Source of the DNA: a virus | Lineage: Duplodnaviria; Caudoviricetes | IMG/VR virus record: IMGVR_UViG_3300016667_000193 | Span: 1 to 45,919 of that record | Length of the DNA: 45,919 nt | Reading direction: 5' to 3' (one strand) | Shown: positions 35,915 to 43,906 of the stretch, piece after piece | Position numbering within the stretch: the stretch's first letter is position 1 | Layout: every line of letters begins with the position of its first letter | Program-made: the position numbers and the translations under genes | The notes under the pieces: generated by a model | What the model was told of the DNA's origin: nothing | Database searches by the model: none | The model's input: the letters and a program-made list of their open reading frames with translations, nothing else

Positions 35915-37041
35915 GCCATCATAACCACTTCTCCGAACTTGGCACGGTCAGCGCCATTGGAAACCCACAGCACCGGGTAGTCCGGTGCATCACCGAAGTC
36001 GTTGCAGTACAGGTCAGTCAGGAACACACACGCAATGGGGTTGATGTCATGGTCCTGCGCATAGCGGAACACTGGACTGAATGCCGTGCCGCCACCGCCA
36101 TGAGGCTTGATGTCCAGCTCATCCTCCGGAGCGTAGCTCTCATAGTGCGAGACCGTGCTGTCGAAGTATACCACATGGATACGTGTCGGCAGGCAGTCGT
36201 CCTTGACCGTCCTGATCTCCGATGCAAACTGGTTGAGCGTATGCTGGTCGATTGAACCGGAGCAATCCACTGCGAACAGCAGTTCACCCATGCTCTCACC
36301 GGTCACGCTGGGTAGATAGATACCCTGAGAAATGAACCGGCGATTGGGTCGTGCCCAAGTGCGCTCATCAGTGCGGGCCTTCTCAACAAACCGGCGCAGT
36401 ACATCACGCCAGTTGACCTTGGGTTGCAGCACCTCATCGACAAGTCGCTGCATGTTTGCAGACATCTTACCCATCATCTTGGCAGCCTGTGCTGCCTGAG
36501 CCACTTGGATTTTCATCTCGGCCTGAGCCTGAGCTTGTTCAGCAGGGCTGCCCTCTGCATCCTCGCAGTCATCGAAGGGGCCAGTGCCGTCAGCATAGCC
36601 GCCACCACTGCCGTTGTCAGGCTCATCCTCAAGGATGTTGTAGATACCATCACTGGTACCGCCGCCAGCATTGTAGATGCTGGTGTTCTGAAGCCCACCA
36701 CCGGGCATCTTGCCGACACCCTCCTGCATCAGCAGCTCGTTGATGACATAGTCAGCAGCACGGTTCCACTTGCGAGGGTTGCGATCACCACGGCGGAAAT
36801 TGTGCTCCAGCATGGGGTGCATGACCTCGTGCGCTGTGAGGAACTTGAGTTCCTCATCAGTCAGAGGGTCGATAAACTCAGGGTTGAACACCACCCGCTT
36901 GCCGTTGGTCGCAGCAGTGGGGACCCTGTCAGACAGCTCGAACGGCATGTTGAGAGCGATGGACCCGATGAACGGATGCTCAAGGATCAGGCTGGTCTTT
37001 GCCTTGGAAAGGCGGCGGTTAAGTGCAGACATGTCAGTCAT
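35911..37041 (-). CDS. Zn-metallopeptidase + vWA protein (DUF2201-like)
   Basis: TAATNG, HEVMH, WNRAADYVIN; MIDAS DCSGS, GGGGT.F, FLTD. Confidence 0.9.
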   Translation of the reverse strand: MTDMSALNRRLSKAKTSLILEHPFIGSIALNMPFELSDRVPTAATNGKRVVFNPEFIDPLTDEELKFLTAHEVMHPMLEHNFRRGDRNPRKWNRAADYVINELLMQEGVGKMPGGGLQNTSIYNAGGGTSDGIYNILEDEPDNGSGGGYADGTGPFDDCEDAEGSPAEQAQAQAEMKIQVAQAAQAAKMMGKMSANMQRLVDEVLQPKVNWRDVLRRFVEKARTDERTWARPNRRFISQGIYLPSVTGESMGELLFAVDCSGSIDQHTLNQFASEIRTVKDDCLPTRIHVVYFDSTVSHYESYAPEDELDIKPHGGGGTAFSPVFRYAQDHDINPIACVFLTDLYCNDFGDAPDYPVLWVSNGADRAKFGEVVMMA

Positions 37042-37898
37042 TAGTTTGCTCCCATGAATACAGACATTGCGTCCATGATCTTGCGTGCTTCCTCTGCGGT
37101 GTCACGGCGCAGGTCGAGGTCATTGCGCAGGCTGTCAGGATGGTGACTGATCAGCTTGGCCTCCACCTCACGGCGCATCGCTTCGAGGTTCGGGTCATCG
37201 GCAATGTTGAGGCGTGACAACAAGTCACAGGTCTCTTGAGCATTGTCCAGCATCGAGTCACGGAAGATACCCTTGGGGTCGGACAGCTTCTCAACCATAT
37301 GCTGGACATGTTTGTGCAGCCGGTGCCAACAGTCGGCCATTGCCTCTTGCTGGACCGTTGCCATACGCTGCCCGAGTTCCTCCTGAAGTCGGGTCATCTC
37401 ATCACTGGACAGCTCGACACGGAAGTCATTGGTCGGGACAGGCAGGATTGCCATGTCCATGTTGAACTTGTTGGTGATGCTCTCCTTGGAGGGGTAGTCC
37501 TTCTCATCGTAGAGATCACCAAGCCACCGCTTGGCATCGTCAACGAGGTCCTCATAATTATCGAGGAACGTCTGGACCAGCGACTGCCACTCGCCCTTTT
37601 CCTTGCGGAAATCCTGCATAAAGGTGAGGTAGTTGGCACTCGGCAGGATGCGGGTCCCGTCGATACCCCAAGGCAGGGTGTTCTTGGCGAACTTCTCACG
37701 GATTACACCGGTCTTCTGGTGGACGTTAGCCAGCAGATCATTGAGAGGAAGCAGAGACTTGTTGTACCGGCCAGCACTGGTGCTGGCACGGTTGATATCA
37801 GCGACATCCTTGGTCGCCTTCTTGTCAAGTTTACGGGCAGTCCACTGCGAAATCGACAGGGACACGAGAAGGGCACGGTCATTGAGCTTCATAGTCAT
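37041..37898 (-). CDS. DUF3150-like helical protein
   Basis: LLVSLSISQWTARKLD...KSLLP...TLPW...RILP...DYPS motifs; lies between the AAA and vWA genes. Confidence 0.6.
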   Translation of the reverse strand: MTMKLNDRALLVSLSISQWTARKLDKKATKDVADINRASTSAGRYNKSLLPLNDLLANVHQKTGVIREKFAKNTLPWGIDGTRILPSANYLTFMQDFRKEKGEWQSLVQTFLDNYEDLVDDAKRWLGDLYDEKDYPSKESITNKFNMDMAILPVPTNDFRVELSSDEMTRLQEELGQRMATVQQEAMADCWHRLHKHVQHMVEKLSDPKGIFRDSMLDNAQETCDLLSRLNIADDPNLEAMRREVEAKLISHHPDSLRNDLDLRRDTAEEARKIMDAMSVFMGAN

Positions 37899-37923
37899 GT
37901 CAGTTACTCCGCTAAGTTATTGA

Positions 37924-38919
37924 TTAAAACAGGACATCTTGGTGCTGGATCGACCACTTGGTGAATGCCTGAGTGCTGCACAGATCAGGGTTCTTGCGAA
38001 CGGCAGAGGAGATAGTCAGCACAGAGAACTCAGGCGGCATCCGCTCGCCGTAGCGGCAGACCCGGTCGAAGTTGGCATCGGTAGCACGGTGAGACAGCGC
38101 ACCGGACAGAGCGTAGAGCGTAGCCGGATCAGTCGGCACGTCAGCCGTATCAGGGTTCATCAGGATGGCATCAGGGTTGGGCAGCTTGCGGTAAATCCGC
38201 ATGAACCCAACGAACTCAGCCGCTGCACCCTCACCGACAGCACCCTTGAAGCTCTCGAACTCAGCCTCAGCAGGCACCACACCGAGGATATCAGAGACAC
38301 CTTCGACCCAGCTACGCGGTGTCGGGTTCTGGTCACGCTGAGGGTCGAAGTCATGCAGCAGACCGGGCCGGAACCGCAGGAAACTAACCACCTCGGGCTT
38401 GACGTTGTTGTCGATCATCCACTTGGTGCTGTCATTGAGGTCGGTCTCGAACTCCAGCACAGTCTCACGATTGCGGAGGTGAGAGAGGATGCGGTTGGCA
38501 CCGGCACGGTCAGACTGGCGATTGCCAGTGGAGACTACCTGCCAGCCGTCAGCGAGAGGTACACCATGCAGAGTCCGAGCCTGACAGATATTGGCCAACA
38601 CCTTCTGCAAGTCAGGGCCAGCCTGATTGCGATCATCGAACAGCAGAATGCCACCGCGCTCAGTGCCAGCCTTACCCTTGTAGGGATACCAGTCGGGCAG
38701 CTTGTAGCGGAACGACTCACCCGGCGTGAGCATATCCGGAGCGCCGAAGTCTTCGACCAGCATGGTCGGCATGTGTTTCTCGATGACAGGAACACCCAGT
38801 TCCTCACCGACTTGGTGGACGATGGACGTTTTACCGCCGCCCGGAGCGCCTTCGATAGCGACAGTGCGCTGGATGGGATAGAGGGACTTGAGCGTTCCCT
38901 TGAGAAGTTCAGCACGCAT
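37924..38919 (-). CDS. MoxR-like AAA+ ATPase
   Basis: GAPGGGKT Walker A; ILLFDD Walker B; TGNRQSD; LRNR; PTPRSW. Confidence 0.9.
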   Translation of the reverse strand: MRAELLKGTLKSLYPIQRTVAIEGAPGGGKTSIVHQVGEELGVPVIEKHMPTMLVEDFGAPDMLTPGESFRYKLPDWYPYKGKAGTERGGILLFDDRNQAGPDLQKVLANICQARTLHGVPLADGWQVVSTGNRQSDRAGANRILSHLRNRETVLEFETDLNDSTKWMIDNNVKPEVVSFLRFRPGLLHDFDPQRDQNPTPRSWVEGVSDILGVVPAEAEFESFKGAVGEGAAAEFVGFMRIYRKLPNPDAILMNPDTADVPTDPATLYALSGALSHRATDANFDRVCRYGERMPPEFSVLTISSAVRKNPDLCSTQAFTKWSIQHQDVLF

Positions 38920-38975
38920 AAACATATACTCCTTTGTTAGAACTTTTATTTGATCGGATAAGACTCACTCGACAC

Positions 38976-39146
38976 TCAGCGTTGAGTGTAGAGCTTATGG
39001 TCAGGTCCGAAGGCCACAACAACGCGGCCACCGAGACGATCCCGGTGCCGCTTGGCTTCCATCTTGTTGTCAAAATACTCAGGGTTGCCGAACTGATCCT
39101 TGACCAGTGGACCCTTGCGGTATCGACGCAGGGTAAACAGACGCAT
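38976..39146 (-). CDS. 56-aa hypothetical protein (not in ORF track)
   Basis: Translated by hand: MRLFTLRRYRKGPLVKDQFGNPEYFDNKMEAKRHRD...FGPDHKLYTQR; TAATG coupling, SD aggag. Confidence 0.7.
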   Translation of the reverse strand: MRLFTLRRYRKGPLVKDQFGNPEYFDNKMEAKRHRDRLGGRVVVAFGPDHKLYTQR

Positions 39147-39451
39147 TACCAATACTCCTTGACATCACGCAGCAGAAGCTGCGCTTCCTCGAACAGGTCT
39201 TCGTTGAGTGCATCACCGGGGCCACCGGTAGACTCCAGTTCACTCACGATAGAGTTCAGCACCCCGAACAGTTCCTGAGCATGGATGAAACTGGCCGTAG
39301 CTAGGTCCAGATCATCCGTAGTTTGACCTTTCATAGGCATGACCGTGATGGTTACACGGACAGCTTTCTGCCCTTCAAAGTCCACACCACCGACACGGGC
39401 CATGATAGGCTGGATAGAACGCAGGTGGATTTCTTCATCTTCGACACGCAT
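39146..39451 (-). CDS. Hypothetical protein
   Basis: 101 aa; TAATG coupling, SD aggag. Confidence 0.7.
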   Translation of the reverse strand: MRVEDEEIHLRSIQPIMARVGGVDFEGQKAVRVTITVMPMKGQTTDDLDLATASFIHAQELFGVLNSIVSELESTGGPGDALNEDLFEEAQLLLRDVKEYW

Positions 39452-40044
39452 TATACAGTCTCCTTTTCATCCTCATCGACCTCATCGAGGTCGTTCGCCA
39501 CTATGGCATCCCAGACAGCCTCATCGCTGGTGAGATATTCGTATTCCTCTTGTAGTCTGCGGTAGAGATCACGGCAGTAGTCACGGATGATATCCGTTGC
39601 AGCCTGAGCGATACCCTCATACTCAGCGTCGAGCTGGTAGTCCCACTGCTCGATAACCTCTGCCCGGACACCATCGTTTGGTAGGGTATGGCGGAACATA
39701 TCTGTGAAAGTCAGCTCGACGCTGACAGTGTTCTCATGGACGTAGAAGTGGCCGGTTCGTTCGATACGCAGGGTGAAGTCACCACCCATCTCGATAAGTT
39801 TGGCAATCCACGGGAATGAGTCTGCGAGTTTGTGGTGCTCGAAGAACGGCTTGGACCTCATGTAGCCAGTGAAAGACGCGCCGTCCCCCTGTGACCAGAA
39901 GCCACTGAAGGACATATCATCGACCTCGATACCGGCTTTCTCCATGTCCTCCTTGAAGTCGTCATAGACGCAATCCCACCAGTCATAGCTGGTGTTGATA
40001 TCATGGTGTTTCTCAATGAGAGCTTGTTTACGCTCGTCAGTCAT
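39451..40044 (-). CDS. Very acidic conserved phage/ICE early protein
   Basis: WWD.VYDDF, FSGFWSQGDGASF, LQEEYEYLTSDEAV motifs. Confidence 0.75.
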   Translation of the reverse strand: MTDERKQALIEKHHDINTSYDWWDCVYDDFKEDMEKAGIEVDDMSFSGFWSQGDGASFTGYMRSKPFFEHHKLADSFPWIAKLIEMGGDFTLRIERTGHFYVHENTVSVELTFTDMFRHTLPNDGVRAEVIEQWDYQLDAEYEGIAQAATDIIRDYCRDLYRRLQEEYEYLTSDEAVWDAIVANDLDEVDEDEKETV

Positions 40045-40231
40045 CACAATACTCCCCGGTTAGCAGGTCGATGATGTCCGTGTAGTCTTGGCGGTCTACT
40101 ACCCTAGCTTTTTCAGCAGCTTGCTGCGCCTGTTCCAGTGTATCATAGGAACCAACAAGGTCACTCCACCCACCACTTGGGTAGTAGTCGCAATAGGCAA
40201 ACACTACATAGCGCTTTACTGGTCCAGTCAT
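40037..40231 (-). CDS. Hypothetical protein
   Basis: YYPSGGWSD.VGSYDTLEQA motif; SD ggagg. Confidence 0.65.
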   Translation of the reverse strand: MTGPVKRYVVFAYCDYYPSGGWSDLVGSYDTLEQAQQAAEKARVVDRQDYTDIIDLLTGEYCDD

Positions 40232-40232
40232 G

Positions 40233-40439
40233 TCATCCTCCGATACGTTTGGGATTGAGCCAAGCCAGCTCATCCGGGTTGGTTATCAGCGTGTAGTTGC
40301 TCTTGTTGAGAGGCACGACAGTGCGGCGCACACCTCTGGCCTGCTTGTCTCCACAGGGGAGACAGAGCTTGTAGCCAAGGGCATAGCGACCATCACCGAC
40401 AGCCTCTCCACACTGCGGACAGAAGTGTGTCTTGGTCAT
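40233..40439 (-). CDS. C4 zinc-finger protein (DksA/TraR-like finger)
   Basis: CPQCGE.V...R..LGY..CLPC. Confidence 0.65.
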   Translation of the reverse strand: MTKTHFCPQCGEAVGDGRYALGYKLCLPCGDKQARGVRRTVVPLNKSNYTLITNPDELAWLNPKRIGG

Positions 40440-40801
40440 TGCTCAAAGCCTCCTACCCGGTTGTAGGCCAGCGTCTCGTAACCACGCTCTGCCAAGACAG
40501 TGATCTGTTGCAGTGACAGCGGGGTGAGTGTGGTCAGGGGGTGAGTCTGACTAGCATGTTTGGTAGTGGTCCGGCTGGTCTTGTTATAGTTGGCATACCA
40601 GCGGCTGGTCGTTTCATCCCAGACCAACAAGGGCCAGTGAGGACCGTAGCTATACACAACATACCTGTCGTTGCTAATCCACTTACCATAGAGTTGCTTG
40701 TTGGAATTGTGGAAGGGTTGCTTACGCTGGACATACTCCCGGCACTTCCAGCCAGAGACACGGACAGACTTGGTGTTGTTGGTATCCATCATTGACTTCA
40801 T
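40436..40801 (-). CDS. Hypothetical early protein
   Basis: YVVYSYG.HWPL...SRTTTKH motif; ATG at 40801. Confidence 0.7.
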   Translation of the reverse strand: MKSMMDTNNTKSVRVSGWKCREYVQRKQPFHNSNKQLYGKWISNDRYVVYSYGPHWPLLVWDETTSRWYANYNKTSRTTTKHASQTHPLTTLTPLSLQQITVLAERGYETLAYNRVGGFEQ

Positions 40802-40808
40802 CCTTACC

Positions 40809-41072
40809 TTACGAGTGAAACCCGAAGTGGTCATCATGCCAGACAGCACCGATGCAATACCCAACCGGTGCAGTGGGGTTGTCTTTGTAGGTCGCGATCA
40901 GCTCAGGGTTGCCGCTATAGAAGCCACCAGTGATGCGGACATAACCGAAGGTCATGTTCCAGCTTGAGAGATAACCCAGCGCCTCATAGAAGCGCTGGGA
41001 ACCGGTGAGTTCACGGATTTGGGTCTGGTCAGTGGCATCCAGAAAGATGTCTACAGTGCGTTGTTCAGCCAT
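40809..41072 (-). CDS. Hypothetical early protein
   Basis: 87 aa ending GAVWHDDHFGFHS; SD ggag. Confidence 0.7.
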   Translation of the reverse strand: MAEQRTVDIFLDATDQTQIRELTGSQRFYEALGYLSSWNMTFGYVRITGGFYSGNPELIATYKDNPTAPVGYCIGAVWHDDHFGFHS

Positions 41073-41077
41073 GGTAA

Positions 41078-41299
41078 TTACTCCGTGAAGCCATAATTGA
41101 TATCGAGGATATCGAGAGCGTCGAACAGCTCCCAGATGGGGTGTTCAGGACGCCACTCTGTGCCGAAGTGACGCAGAGCCTTCTCATCGAGCAGGACATC
41201 CGCAGGTTCGCCATCTACCCAAGAGACGTTGGTAACGAAGTCAACAACAGGCTCCATAAGAGCGGCGAACCCAGTCAGGGTGAGTGTAAGGTTGCTCAC
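41078..41299 (-). CDS. Hypothetical acidic early protein
   Basis: GTGA overlap; SD ggaggt. Confidence 0.65.
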   Translation of the reverse strand: MSNLTLTLTGFAALMEPVVDFVTNVSWVDGEPADVLLDEKALRHFGTEWRPEHPIWELFDALDILDINYGFTE

Positions 41300-41577
41300 A
41301 GTGCCACCTCCACATTGAGGCCGTTGTTGTAGGAGATATCCACGGCAGAGTAGCCGTTGGCCTTGAGAGTAGCGGCATCCAAAGTTGACACAAAGCAGCC
41401 ATCAAAGGGGCTGGACGGATCACGGACGATGAAGTCGTGACCTACAGCGAAATCATACACAGCCTCGGAAGCTGACAGATAGTGGCGACGACGAGGCACC
41501 ACAGAGAGGACCTTAGAGGGCGTATAGTTACCAGCGAGGTCGGCAAACGAGGTGAAAATGGTCCGAGACATGCTCAT
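41296..41577 (-). CDS. Hypothetical protein, first gene of the leftward operon
   Basis: SD ggag; follows the leftward promoter. Confidence 0.65.
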   Translation of the reverse strand: MSMSRTIFTSFADLAGNYTPSKVLSVVPRRRHYLSASEAVYDFAVGHDFIVRDPSSPFDGCFVSTLDAATLKANGYSAVDISYNNGLNVEVAL

Positions 41578-41629
41578 CACTCCAATGTTAAGTTAGTAAA
41601 AACTGGACGCAGATCGCCCCAGCCCCAAG

Positions 41630-41658
41630 GTTTTGCCACGGCCCCAGCTCGGGGTCAA
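41630..41658 (-). promoter_or_regulatory. Putative leftward early promoter
   Basis: TTGACC, 17 bp, CAAAAC; about 50 bp upstream of the first early gene; same design as the rightward promoter. Confidence 0.45.
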
Positions 41659-41669
41659 GCGGCTCGTTG

Positions 41670-42270
41670 CTATTAAAGTTTACATAGCAAATTGTAAGGT
41701 TCGGGGATAACTTTACGGGTGAATATGTAAGGTTAGGGTAACTTGACAGGGAAAATAGATTTTTAATCTAGTTGGGGGGTGAAAATGATCTAGATAGATT
41801 GTCTGTAAGTGATTGATTTTTAAGGTTTGATATAGATAATCTACCTTTTTTGAGATAATGTCGCGATTTTTGGGAATGTTGGGGGGTTAGGGAACTTTAC
41901 AGTGTATAGTTACGGTTGGGCCAAAGATATTTCAAACAGACCACTTTCGGCCAAAAAACCCATATTATATATATTATCTAGATTAACTATATATAATAGA
42001 ACAAACATATCCCCTTGGTTTCCTTGGTTTTTCGCTGTAACTTTACCGTAAAGTATGTAAGGTTAGTTTTTCCATGTAAGGTTAGGTCAACTAGATCATT
42101 TTGCCCGATTTTCAGCGTGGCTGTTTCGCATAAGTCATTGATTTTCCACGTTTGATATAGTTTTTCAGGGTCTGTTTATACCCGTTTTGTTCCACCTTAC
42201 ATCGCAGGTTTCGTCCGATATGGCACTCATAGACATACCTGTGAGTGAACCTGTAAGGTTTGAGAAACTA
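41670..42270. repeat. AT-rich control region with TGTAA(G/A)GTT(A) boxes, two IHF consensus sites and a central palindrome
   Basis: Boxes at 41693, 41708(rc), 41726, 41893(rc), 42038(rc), 42056, 42075, 42194(rc), 42252; 30-bp direct repeat at 41806/42131; palindrome 41963-41998. Confidence 0.8.
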
Positions 42271-42286
42271 TACGGCAAATCAAAAC

Positions 42287-42315
42287 TTGACATTCCCGGC
42301 GGGATCGGGCAGAAC
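42287..42315 (+). promoter_or_regulatory. Putative rightward promoter
   Basis: TTGACA, 17 bp, CAGAAC upstream of ATG 42362. Confidence 0.5.
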
Positions 42316-42361
42316 AATGGGACCGGACCAACGGGGTTCGGGTTTTACCGGAGTATGTCAC

Positions 42362-42718
42362 ATGGCTATCTTTGAAGGTGTTGTTTCGCTGTTTGAACGT
42401 AACGGTGCTGTTGAAATTCGTAAAGTTTCCAGTGGCGGTTATGATGCAAGCGAAGTGTCTGATCTTGTCACTGATTTGTTGGAACTCAAGAAGCCTGTTT
42501 CCAAGTGGAGCCTTTGGATTGACGGAATCGACCACAAACAAACCGACACGTATTCGAGCGCTGTCATGTCTAAGCTGGTCAAGGGTAATCAAGTGGAGCT
42601 GATTGCAGTCCGCCGCCGTGGTCCGCGCGGGACATTCATGGCCCCGGTGTTGAAGATTACCGCACCCGGTGCTGTCAAGGCGAAGGCCGCTCCCAACAAA
42701 GCCCGGTTGGGGCGCTAA
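42362..42718 (+). CDS. Monocistronic hypothetical protein (118 aa)
   Basis: SD ggag before ATG 42362; has its own promoter and terminator. Confidence 0.75.
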   Translation: MAIFEGVVSLFERNGAVEIRKVSSGGYDASEVSDLVTDLLELKKPVSKWSLWIDGIDHKQTDTYSSAVMSKLVKGNQVELIAVRRRGPRGTFMAPVLKITAPGAVKAKAAPNKARLGR

Positions 42719-42764
42719 TGAAACCGCTTCACCACGATAACGACAACGAACCGTTAGGACTTCG

Positions 42765-42795
42765 CCCCGGTAGCTACGGCTACCGGGGTTTTTTT
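42765..42795 (+). terminator. Rho-independent terminator
   Basis: ccccggtagc-TACG-gctaccgggg (10-bp stem, UNCG tetraloop) followed by T7. Confidence 0.92.
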
Positions 42796-42955
42796 GTGTC
42801 CTATAGAGGGGGGCACATGGATTTGAGACGGCGACGGATGGGGGGCATAAGTATCCCTCACAATCCAAGACCCCCAAAAACAACGTGTAAAGTTAGCGCA
42901 CCCCCAAAAAATTTACCCTTGTGAAAACCGATATGTAAAGTTACAGCATACCCAC

Positions 42956-43030
42956 GCCGTAATAGCTCAGAGGTAGAGCAACCGCCTTGTAAGCGGTAGG
43001 TCGTAGGTTCGATCCCTACTTGCGGCACCA
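42956..43030 (+). tRNA. tRNA-Thr (anticodon UGU), CCA encoded
   Basis: Acceptor stem gccgtaa/ttgcggc; D arm gctc/gagc; anticodon arm accgc-ctTGTaa-gcggt; T arm gtagg-ttcgatc-cctac; ends ACCA. Confidence 0.96.
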
Positions 43031-43054
43031 CTCTTGTGGTGGTACCCTCACTTC

Positions 43055-43549
43055 ATGGACAGCCTCCCTCTTCATCTGACCAAGTGGACCGACCGCCTCG
43101 CGTTCGACATAGCCCTGTGTCTGGAAGGTTCGGGTGAGACGCTGGATGAAATCAAGGACCGGCATCGGATCGACGCCAACGATCTGCTGGTATTCAATCG
43201 GGACCCGGTGTTCCTCAAGCGTGTGGAATCCTACCGTGAAGAGGTACGTGAGAAGGGACTGACGTTCCGACTCAAAGCGCGGGCGCAGGCTGAAGAACTC
43301 CTGACAACAAGTTACATGTTGATCCACGACCCGGCAGTGTCCCCTGCCGTCAAGGCTGACCTGATCAAGAGCACGGTCAAGTGGGCTGGTCTCGAACCGA
43401 AGAACAACGAGGACAACACCGCCGCTGTTGGCGGCGTCAAGATCATGATCAACCTTGGCTCATCGCCGTCCGATATGAAGGTTATCGACGCGACATCGCG
43501 CGTGATCGAGGATGCATCCGATGGTGTTGACTCCGATGAGTACATATGA
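43055..43549 (+). CDS. Putative terminase small subunit
   Basis: 164 aa helical protein with C-terminal 'GVKIMINLG' strand; upstream of TerL. Confidence 0.6.
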   Translation: MDSLPLHLTKWTDRLAFDIALCLEGSGETLDEIKDRHRIDANDLLVFNRDPVFLKRVESYREEVREKGLTFRLKARAQAEELLTTSYMLIHDPAVSPAVKADLIKSTVKWAGLEPKNNEDNTAAVGGVKIMINLGSSPSDMKVIDATSRVIEDASDGVDSDEYI

Positions 43550-43694
43550 CGGCATCCCATGCCTGAGGTTCAGGACATCCGCTGGAGCCTTGACAGCTGA
43601 GGATATGCTGCGCGATGAAGGGCGGTCCTACCGGACCAAGATCGTCAGGACCCGCAAACGCGGGATCGAGTACGTGGTCATGGTGCTGGACTAA
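43536..43694 (+). CDS. Hypothetical protein (52 aa)
   Basis: ATG at 43536; fills the gap between neighbours. Confidence 0.5.
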   Translation: MSTYDGIPCLRFRTSAGALTAEDMLRDEGRSYRTKIVRTRKRGIEYVVMVLD

Positions 43695-43696
43695 CC

Positions 43697-43903
43697 ATGG
43701 AGTTCAACTGGGTATCAGCTATGGTATACGAACCTGATGACACCCGACATTTCCATATCGTCCCTATCGGGGACCTGAGGGATCACGAGGCTGACCCCGC
43801 CTGCTGGTGCAGCCCGACCGAAGACCCGGATGATCTCGGTATCTGGGTTCACAACGCGATGGACCGACGCGAGGAATACGAGCGCGGTAGGATGAAACAT
43901 TGA
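43697..43903 (+). CDS. Small His/Cys-motif phage protein
   Basis: HIVPIGDLRDH...CWCSP...WVHNAMDRRE. Confidence 0.7.
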   Translation: MEFNWVSAMVYEPDDTRHFHIVPIGDLRDHEADPACWCSPTEDPDDLGIWVHNAMDRREEYERGRMKH

Positions 43904-43906
43904 ACC

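Noticed and set aside
37939-38940. 333-aa + strand ORF mirroring the AAA ATPase, and similar long antisense ORFs (43715-45223, 25363-26448, 19362-20456, 21024-22091, 2026-2913)
   Set aside because: Antisense shadows of well-supported genes with biased codon usage; no motifs or RBS
41670-42270. Possible CRISPR array or mini-array in the repeat-rich region
   Set aside because: Repeats are 9-11 bp, irregularly spaced and in both orientations; there is no repeat-spacer periodicity, and the Cas4-like nuclease is the ordinary phage replication exonuclease
42718-42924. 68-aa ORF following the orphan gene
   Set aside because: It runs through a strong intrinsic terminator and low-complexity G/C runs; probably non-coding
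42956-43030. tRNA as an attL/attR prophage boundary
   Set aside because: Phage genes lie on both sides, with no integrase and no duplicated tRNA 3' fragment seen in the window
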